DNA of 64,000 nucleotides from Chrysomallon squamiferum (taxonomy: Eukaryota > Animalia > Mollusca), in the NCBI GenBank assembly GCA_012295275.1, contig CM022665.1, positions 28,086,001 to 28,150,000 on the forward strand, read 5' to 3'. Under the pieces are notes generated by a model. It saw only the letters and a program-made list of their open reading frames with translations. It was not told the origin of the DNA and searched no databases. A program made the position numbers and the translations under genes. How positions within the stretch are numbered: position 1 is the stretch's first letter; every line of letters begins with the position of its first letter. Shown here piece after piece: positions 54,323-64,000 of the stretch.

Positions 54323-57300
54323 TAAAGGAAAAAAATAAGTATTAGTTTAACAACATATCAATATAATTTTATTAAACTTTCAAATACGAATTTTATATTT
54401 ATTTATTTATTTACTTACCCTGCAATCACTGTACATATGATCATGATATAATGACCAGATAAATTTCTGTATTTTTGGACACTGACAGAATTTGTTGGGG
54501 GATGAAACTCTATTTCGATAAATTATATATACATGTTCATTTTGTTTTAAGTTACTTCTTTAGTGATTCCATTTAAAAAATAAGAAATACATTTTTATCA
54601 TTTAAGAACTATTTAATTTTGATGTATAGTATTTGTAAGTCACTAGGTGATAATGAAATCTATACATATGAATCTGTTACTATTGAGAGCAGTATATTGA
54701 GAAATAAAACTGTTAATTTCATTCATTTTTTTTGTGTTAATAAGGACTGCAGGAGAAACCATCTCACTGCAATTCAGCATTTTAACTTTTGCTCATATCT
54801 TAAGACAGTAACCAGTTCTTATTTTTATATAAATATGTATGTATGTATGTACATGCTAGATAGGCAATAACATGATCTGGCCGTTGTGGTGCAATGGGAA
54901 ACCAAATGGGAAGTGCATATTGTTCTGCTCTAACCCCTGAACTGTAGTGACCTCAGTATTAATAATAATAGTAAATTCACAAGACAAAGTAATACTATTG
55001 TAGTTAATAAAATAATTGTTATCTTGAGACAGAAGAATGAAAAACATACTCAAATTTAGCTGTTTCTGGTTCCATCTCCAGGAGTTCACGTACAGGCGAT
55101 TTGGGAATACTCTTCAAATATTTCTCTGTAAACAGAACAAAACATGTCAAAATACCTTAACAATTATCAGCTGTCAGTGAAACTGTGTATATGATTAATA
55201 CAAAAGTAAATCATCACAATAACAATAGATTACTCACTGGACTCCACTGATGATTCACTAAATAAATTCATAAAAACTACAGAGAATTTAAAATTAGTTG
55301 ATAAATTAAATTAATCTGGGCAATTATCCAGTCTGAATTTTACTTGCTACTAAAACTAAATAATCTAGAAATGGAAAAGTCTGTTTTTCTTTTTAAGCTA
55401 TGTAGTTATATATTTTTAATGAGAAAAGTCAATGAGGTTCAGACTGATCAAACTAACAATGTAACATTCAGATATAGTCAACCCTCCATTTAAAGGGAGA
55501 AAAACTGTTTGGAAGATCAAAAAGCTATGTTTTCTGAAAGGTATTAAAAATAGTACAATGCAGAATAATACACAGAACTAAATTAACTTTAAATTCACAG
55601 TTTTCATTTGTTTTGCTTGATTGTATTGTTAAGCCATTGTCAACGCACAAAACATAAAAATAATGTTTCATATCCAGAGCATTTCAAAGATAGAATACAG
55701 AGCATGCACAGCATGAATGCAAACATGACAGTGTAAACAGACAGACTGATGCACACGAGGTGACATCTTTTGAATGCTTCATTATCTTATGGATAGGACT
55801 AAATGTGGGTAAATTTGAGAATATTTGTATATTTCCCAGATTTGGTCCAGATATTTCAAATTTAGTGTTCAGTTCTACATTTATTGTCTGAATGTTTAAT
55901 TTGTTTTGATGTTACTGAATTAGGATGGCATACCAATTTGTGGCTTCATGATTCGATAGTAAACTCGCCACACTGCATCAAGGGACATGCCACTGTCCAA
56001 GTATATTGCACCAGCAACTGATTCAAATATATCTCCAAGAGCTTTAGGTATTTCCAGTTCTACTTCCTCTGTTTCATCATCATCATCTTCTTGTTCTTTG
56101 AACTGAAAATTAATTAAAAAAGGGAAAAAGAAATCCCCAACAATTATAATGTCTTTGCTTTCTCTGTGATATGAAAAACAGATACCATAAAAATTGCTTA
56201 AATAATAAAAGAAATAATAACAGTATGAGTCTGATCAAAAACAAATATGTCATGTATACATATAAACAAATAACATGAAGAAAATGCAACAAAAAGAAAC
56301 AAATACTGGCTTATTAAAATAAAAGGATAATTAAGAAAGGTATGTGTGAACAAAAATGTGTACCTCTTCCTCAATGTCAATTTCATCTTCTTTTTCTTTC
56401 TGCCTGGCAACAAATTTTTCAATGACATGGAATAAGGCAGGTGAAATGGACTTAAAGTATTTGTGGAAATCCCACTTGACAGCTAGTGCAGCAAATATGT
56501 TGTTATTGACAAGAGCTGATCGCAGATCTGTCAGAATGCCTGGAGAATACTTTTCAGAATCTTCATAAAGATGTCTTGTTATAACATAATCCAAAATGGC
56601 ATCCCCTAGAAACTCTAACCTATGGTAAGATAAACACAACATTGCTATATGCAATATGACATACAATATTAACCCTTTCAGATTTTTGTACATAGTATTA
56701 AATAAAATAAACAAAACTTTGCTATCTATATTAACACACAGGGATTTTCAATTCATAAATGGTAGCCAACTGGTGTTATATCACCTATTTTTGGATGTCA
56801 ACTAATAATGCATGTGCATTGAGTCTTGTATCATACATGCTGTGTTCAAGTGGTTTTTTCTTTTTTCTTCATCTTCTTTTTTTTAATTACTTTGCACACA
56901 ACATAAAGAGAAAAACTGGAGGTGGTGGCATTAGCATATTGATGAAATATGGCAGGGACAAGCACTAATGGAAAAGGAATTTACTTGTGTTGACAAATAT
57001 AACATTACATTTTTCTAAAAAGGTGTCAATGTAATTTATGGTGTTCATGATGACTTTGTTAATTGTTGAACACTGTTTATTCATTCATATTCAATTCTGT
57101 TCCATTGTTATGTGATAATTTACTAATTTCTTTTGGTATTTATGTAGTCATTGAATACATTTTTATAAAGTATTGGCCATGTTTGCTATTTTAAATTTAA
57201 AAAAGAAACTTTATTTTTTGGTGGAAGTGGTGGGCGTGTACAAATTAGATGACATCTACAAAATTAAGGCAATGTCATTAATAAAAGCAATTTATTAGTA

Positions 57301-60300
57301 GTCTGAAGGAAGTAACTAGGCAAGTAACTAACACATGTGGGTGAATGTTTGTGTTTTAACAGACATTTTAAAATTTCAACAAATTCGTGTTCAACGTTCT
57401 TTTATTTATTCTATGTAAGCTGTAAATTACCTTCTTGGTCAAATTATAATACACATGCATGATTGGATAGCAAAATCTTCCAATTTTCAGAAAATATACA
57501 TGTTGGGTTTATCTCTTATTGTTATTCACATTTGTCAGCATTTTATCAACTCAGTCATCTGATTTTAATGATATGAAAAGCAATGCATTTCCGTAGACTT
57601 GTTTTAATGCTAAAAATAAGAGCCTGAAAGGGTTAAATAAATAGATAAATAGATAAACAGATGAATGAATAAATAAAGTTGTAAAAATAACATAGATGGT
57701 TTCAAATATTTAACTGAAAGAAAAATTTAAAATGTTAAAACAAATCTCTACTTTAACATACAACTTCATATTATAATACGTGTTTTATATTTTTCATTGA
57801 AGTTCAGACTTTTTCTAATCTATTACATAATAAATGAATAAATGAATAATATAGAAGAAGATATTAAAAATATAAAATGTATAATATACCTCTGGTAACA
57901 ATCTGTGATAGTGTTGTAATGATAGGATGCATGAGTGAATGCCTGCAGCAGGTAGGATCGGTCATTAAAAGTGTACTTTATCTTCTCTTCAAATACATGG
58001 TAGCCATCCAGCAAATGGTCAAGCTTGGCATGAGTGCTTGAGACAGTCCGCAACAGTGGTGATGCTGGACATTTCAGCTCCTCAAATTCAAACTCATTCA
58101 TCTGATAATAAAATAATAATAAAAAAATAATTAAAAAATAATAATAGTAATAATAGTAATAGTAGTAGTAATAATAATAATAATAGAAGTAGTAGTAGTA
58201 GTAGTAGTAGTAATAAAACTACACTTTTATAATTATATTTAAAGCTAACATACACAGCTCAAATAAAAAAGAAAGAAATAACAATTAATATAAAACAAAA
58301 TAAAATATAAAGAGTGAAAGTGGAAAAAGAGCAATAATTAAAACATCTTAAGAACATATTCCAACTTTTCAAACAGGAAATCTAAATTTAAACACTAAAT
58401 AAAATATGTATAGTTATGAAGTTTTGAAAAAGATTAGTACAGTAATATTGTTCTTTGTAAATAATAAAAATAATACCTCATGTTGCTTATTTTTGTTCAA
58501 AGGATCTGTTTTGATCTTTTTGGAAAGAACTTTGAGTCCAAGCCATGACATAAACAACAATGCAGCCTTCTTGCCACAAGTTGTTAAATAGCATCCAATG
58601 AGGGCCTCCACACAGTCAGCTACACTTTTGTCAGGAATGCCATGCTGGGTCTGAAGACTGTAAGGGATCAGACACTGAGCAACATCAATCATGTCAACAA
58701 TCTTTTCTTCTTCTTGTATCTTATCAATCTCCTCCACTTCTTCTTCAAACTTCAGTCTCTGTATCATTTCTTTTTTTGTTTCCACAATGGAATGTTTGTC
58801 AGAAGGACTTTTCTCTGACTGCCCTGATTTTGCATTGTTGACTGTTTGTGTATCAACAGAGGTTTTCTTAGATTCTATGGTTACACTGTCACATGTGTCA
58901 TCAAAAACAAAATTGGTCATATGTCGGTCAGTTTTGTGCCCTGAATTGGCAATAAGAACTTTGGGAACTGGTCCTCTTCTTTTCTGTTCATTGATCACAT
59001 AGCATGGTGGAAGCCAGTTTTCATATGGCTCAAATTTGGAGGAAACCATACACTCTGCCAAGTGACTTTTTCTTCCCAGTCTGTACAAGTTGTAGTTGCT
59101 CACTTGTTTGCTACGCAGGTAGCTAAGTTTACCTTCATGAATACCAGGATAGGTACAATACAGATATACAGTAATGGCATACTTCAAGAATGAGTCCCCA
59201 ATGGTCTCTAGCCTTTCCAAGCTAAAGAAATCATTTGCATTTGACATGGTCAGAGCCTGAAGTAAGAGACAAGGTGTTGGGCCAATAAAAGTACTGAGAT
59301 CACGGTCTTCATCCATAAAGATATTCGGTACAGTGAAGTCCTCTTCCTCTTCAATTTTCTGTGTGGTTTCCTTCGTGGTTTTATCTTTAATACTGAAGTC
59401 ACCCCAAACTCCAAAATCTGTATCGTGTTTTTTTATGTCAAATGTATCTGTTTGAAAGACTTGTGGCTTTATAATTTTATCACAGTCTGTCAGTTCATCT
59501 GATGACATGACAATTCCTGAATCAATATCCACCTGGGATGCATGAATGTTATCATCATCATCATCATCATCATAATCATCATCTGAGTAATGCATTTCAC
59601 CTGTATCTGCTGTGGCATGTGTTTCTTTAGCTTCAGTAATATCATCATCATCATCATCATCATCTGAGTAATGCCTTTTGCCTTTGTCTCCTGTGGTCTG
59701 TTTTTCCTTAACTTCAGTAATATCTTCAACATCATCATCTGAGAAATGCATTCTGCCTTTGTCTCCTGAGGTCTGTTTTTCCTTAACTTTAGTAATATTA
59801 TCATCAACATCATCATCATCTGAGTAATGCATTTTGCTTTTGTCTCCTGAAGTCTGTTTTTCCTTAACTTCAGTAATATTATCATCAACATCATCATCAT
59901 CATCACCATCATCTGAGTAATGCATTTTGCTTTTGTCTTCTGAAGTCTGTTTTTCCTTAACTTCAGTAATAACTTTTGTCTCCCTGTATGTTTTCCTTAA
60001 CTTCAGTAATATCATCATCAACATCATCATTATCATCATCTGAGTAATGCATTTTGCCTTTGTCTCCTGTGGTCTGTTTTTCCTTAACTTCAGTAATATC
60101 ATCATCAACATCATCATTATCATCATCTGAGTAATGCATTTTGTCTTTGTCTCCTGTGGTCTGTTTTTCCTTACCTTCAGTAACAGCATCATCAACATCA
60201 TCATCATCATCATCTGAGTAATGCATTTTGCCTTTGTCTCCTGTAGTCTGTTTTTCCTTAGCTTCAGTAATATCAGTTCTTGACAAAATTTCAGTTTGTT

Positions 60301-63300
60301 CCCTAGGATGATTACATGTATCATTAAATGTCTCACAGTTATGGATTATGGCACTTGAGTTTTTCTCACTGCTATAAAAGGAACTGGTAGCAGTTAGACC
60401 AACTGGGGTAGAGCATGTTTTGAGCAGATATGGTTTGAGGCAAGTATTTGTATGAGATTCTGGATTTTCAACTAATGGGCCAACATTGATTTCACTGCTG
60501 GAACTTGAGCATTGCAAGATGTTACATTTAATACTTTCTCCAGTGTCAGAACAACTGGAATCTGAGCTGTTAGATATTATGCCAGAGTCACTGTCTGAGG
60601 ATAAATCTCCCTTATCATCTGATGACTTTCTAGTTTCGAGTTTATCATCTGCTCTTTCACAGGTCTGGTTTTCTCTGTCATGCTGTTTCACTTCAGATGG
60701 TTGACTAGAAGTGTGGAGATCACTAAGACTTGAGCACTGACTGTCTGAGATCTTTAAAGTTTTATTTTCTGATTCAAGCTTTAATTTTTCAGGACTGGTT
60801 TCAAAGCCAAAATCAAGCTGGGGAAATGTAAATCCCTCAGGCAAATCCACAACTCCAATACCTGTTTCTTTGGCAATTCGTTTTCGTATCTCCTCAGCCA
60901 AAAGCAGATAGTTGAGTCTGTACAATACAGCTGGAAGGCAAACAGCTTTCCGCCAAAGAGATGCTGGGAAGACATGAATGTCACAAAGTTCTGGCACAAG
61001 GATTTGTTTCTGTTGAAGATTTTCCCTTCGAGCTCGTTTAGTTTCAGCACTACTAGTTGGCAAAGCAACACCTTTCTGATTCATGTAGCGTGGCGTTAAA
61101 AGATTTAATCTTGCTGATGTGTGATCCACATCCAATAATGGCTGCTCAGTGTTGGTAATTGTGAGTCCATACTTGGTTGTGTAGTATTCATTAAAGGTCT
61201 TGTATAGTTCTGGGGACGGAAATGGACTGAGTGGACTTAGATCATGACAAATTTCTGCAACATAAAAGTGTTGGGGTTGGTCTATGTTTCTGTATGATGG
61301 CATTACAACAGCATCGCAAAAATCTTCTTCCCTGAATTGGAATGTTTCCTTTTTAGCTTCTCGAACTGTCTTCTTGTAAACATTTGTTTTTAATGAGTTT
61401 TTAACAAGATCTATGAAATCCCATTCAATAAGAGTCTCAGAAGATAATGCTAAAAAAGAATATAAATTAAATGTTTAAGAACAACAAAAAAAAAACATTT
61501 TCAAAATCTGGGTTTTTAACTGTTAGGTATTTCTTATTTTCTTTTATATGTGATCATAATCAAAGTTGGATACAGATACCTGTAGGCACACAATATTAAC
61601 TAATAAAATATGGAGCATTACATACTTAAATCTATGTTATTAACAACGTAACAGATAATACTGTTTTCGTTTTCCGTATTTCATACATAGATCTAATAAT
61701 CAGACCTTTAATATGTAATCTGGACCAAGTTCAAGGTATGAGAAAATAATGATGACTGTAAATAAACCCAGTCTATACTTTGATTTACTAAACTGTATTA
61801 TTAAAGGGCCTGCTAACACACACATGCTATTCTGATAACAAAAATCAGTGCTATCATAAAGCATACCCATTGTTAATATAATTCTAACAATACATGAGAT
61901 CATAACATTAAAAAAAAAAAAAAAACATCAACTAGTCATACCTGTATTGAGAGGAACCAATAGGTATCCAACTTCAGATGTATTTGGTGAGAACTCCATG
62001 GGATCCTTTTCAAGATGGAGAACACTGTTGAAAACAAATTGATGAAACATTCTGATGTTGCTCAGGTCATCCTGGTTAAAGTTGGCATCATCCTTCAGTA
62101 GCTGGATAGAAACAGTGACCTTTCCCGACCTGGTATATACTGGGAATGAAGGCACCTAAAATGTAGAAATAATATATTACATAACAATTGATGAATTTTG
62201 TTTATAAATATTCCCTGTCTGAAATCATTTTATGTACAATTTGTTTTTGTTTTCTTAATGTAATCTCTCATAATCTTGCTTTAATTTCCATTACATAAAC
62301 TTTTATGAACTTTTTAGTATATTTTATGCATTTAAAATTTCATCATAGCAAGTTTAATGGATGTATAAATGATTGAACAGGTACTTTTTTTTTCTTGTTT
62401 TTTTTTTTTTTAGGTTTTTTTAGGGGACACACAGTGTTTATTATCACTTAAAATAAAAATTTAAAAGAACATTCTGAAAAATGTCCAGTTTTGTCAAGTT
62501 CATTGACTCTGGTGATCTAATTTTCAATAACTGCTTGGTTTTGCTGTGAATAAATGTGATATATGTTTTTGCATCACCCTCATTATTTTATTGAATATAT
62601 ATATATATACATCTTCAGCTATTTTAAAGTTTTGTTGAGATCCAGATTCTGAACTGAAATGGCGAAATCAACCCTATCTGGGCCCCTTGAATTTTTACAA
62701 TGGATAACTTTCCTAATGTATAACCAACATTGTGTTAAAATTTCAGCCAAATCTGATAAAAAAATATTTAAAAATTAAGATTTCACCACATTCCCTTAAA
62801 ATAAAATATGAAAAAGATAGTATAAATGAAAAAATATGAAAAAGAAGTTGCTGTAAAAAATATATAAACAATTAAAGAAACAAAAAACCCCATGAGTTTT
62901 ACATTTTTGCACTAAAATGATCAAATGACTATCAGAAAATGAATTTGATAAATACCACACTTACATTGGGTATTGGTCTTGCAGTAAAAATGCCAAAAGA
63001 CTGTGTGGTCTTTTCTGGTGCATAGATTCGACGTCCACGAGTGTTCTGTTCATCTGTGATTGGACCAGTTAGTTCCATGTAGATGTGATAGATATAACAT
63101 GGCTCATCAGGCTTTGGATGACTGTTGATAAAAGCATCAGCTGACTAAAGAAAAACCAATTATATATATTTTTCAAAATAATAAATTAAAAAAAAATTAA
63201 TAAAATAAACATGAAGTGTTTTGCAAAGATTCATAGAATTTACATAAATTTTAATGTGTAAAATTTAATAAACCAGTTTTAAGATCTCTATATTTAAGAA

Positions 63301-63822
63301 TAAAAACTGATTCATTTTTTTATATGTTATTTGAGATAAATTATTTGCAGTTTAATTTAATTTTCATCTTTCAGTAACAGTGAGAATTATTTTTAGGATA
63401 AACAAAACTGAGATAAATATACAGATATATATTTGATATTTTTAATATTTGTAAAAGAAATGATTCAGTTCATATGATTATATTCCACCATTTATCAAAG
63501 TACTCTTCAGTGATTTATGTCAATAAATTTGTACACATTTGTAAATAAAATAATTTATAAAACAAAAAGATAAAAAGAAACAAACACCACAAATTTATAT
63601 TCAAGCTTGAGCTTAATTTTTGTTGGGTTTTTGGCTTGTCTTTTTTAAAAACACTATCTGTAATAAAATAAACATTAACCTTTTTGAAGTAGTATTGTTT
63701 TCTCTTTGTTGTGCCAGGTCTAGCTTGCCCAGGTAAATCTTCTTCATCATCCCACTCCTCCTCCTCCTCCTCATACATAAACATTTCTTTACCAACTGGC
63801 ATCAAGTTATCATCTAGCTCTC
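54116..63822 (-). CDS. DICER1: Endoribonuclease Dicer-1, 3' part (platform, PAZ, connector, RNase IIIa, RNase IIIb, dsRBD); 5' part lies beyond the window; apparent frameshift at ~59971-60010
   Basis: Exons (5'->3') 63822-63680, 63144-62965, 62155-61942, 61449-58477, 58101-57890, 56619-56364, 56102-55934, 55125-55050, 54278-54116 (TAA). Motifs [40 protein letters not shown], connector [15 protein letters not shown], RNase IIIa [25 protein letters not shown], RNase IIIb [27 protein letters not shown], ds[19 protein letters not shown]. Confidence 0.96.
56673..57632 (+). mobile_element. Non-autonomous piggyBac-like DNA transposon (960 bp) in a Dicer intron
   Basis: TTAA|CCCTTTCAG...CTGAAAGGG|TTAA: perfect 9-bp terminal repeats plus TTAA target duplication at 56669-56672 and 57633-57636. 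Internal degenerate fragments [13 protein letters not shown] and SILMKYG resemble the piggyBac transposase C-terminal region. Confidence 0.75.
59548..60271 (-). repeat. Coding minisatellite in Dicer: 8 full 75-93-nt units plus one 40-nt truncated unit, consensus [19 protein letters not shown](D)n
   Basis: Units read directly in ORFs 59963..61303 and 58414..60336; each ends in a variable GAT (Asp) microsatellite. Confidence 0.95.
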
Positions 63823-64000
63823 CTGGAAAAAATTCAACATTCTCAAATAAAACAATAATTATTAATATATTTTTAATACCAAAAAATTTCATACAGAGTA
63901 TTTTTTACTTTATTATGATAATAAATGTTCTTTAACTTTCTGAAATTATACATAAAATAACTATTATTACACTTTTTTGACATTTAAACCTCATACTAAC

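Noticed and set aside
59548-60271. Regularly spaced repeats resembling a CRISPR-like array
   Set aside because: The units are tandem, in-frame coding repeats with no unique spacers, inside a eukaryotic exon, and there are no cas genes.
59490-60336. Met-rich ORFs (poly-M) overlapping Dicer
   Set aside because: These are alternative-frame readings of GAT repeats (ATG ATG), not independent genes.
56356-60704. Plus-strand Ser-rich ORFs antisense to Dicer exons (56356, 58691, 60486)
   Set aside because: They are shadow ORFs of the Glu/Asp-rich Dicer coding strand.
62420-62800. Possible Kolobok-like MITE in a Dicer intron (AAATTTCAGCCAAATCTGA; ends GGGGAC/TTCCC-TTAA)
   Set aside because: The terminal inverted repeats are too weak to support without a repeat library.
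32857-63822. Functional link between Dicer-1 and the SPT pair
   Set aside because: Adjacency alone is not evidence of co-function in an animal genome.

Overview
AT-rich, intron-containing animal genomic DNA; the Dicer-1 sequence and a MetaSINE-like repeat suggest a lophotrochozoan, probably a gastropod mollusc (inference). Three protein-coding genes were reconstructed by hand from GT-AG splice sites and exon phase. Two are intact 13-exon paralogues of the serine palmitoyltransferase catalytic subunit (SPTLC2/LCB2 family), arranged tail-to-tail: copy A (+, 12208-21936, ~534 aa, canonical) and copy B (-, 42629-32857, ~528 aa, with substitutions concentrated around the acyl-chain pocket). The third is the 3' part of Dicer-1 (-, >63822-54116). 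Its 3-kb exon contains an acidic tandem repeat of ~9 units, and a 40-nt degenerate unit breaks the reading frame. Also present: a probable decayed spliced ankyrin-repeat gene (8-11.6 kb), a CpG-rich promoter with the first exon of an unseen minus-strand gene (~5.2-5.6 kb), Tigger-, Sola2- and piggyBac-like transposon relics, a SINE and many microsatellites. No prokaryote-type system (CRISPR etc.) is present. Most ORF-track entries are spurious low-complexity ORFs.
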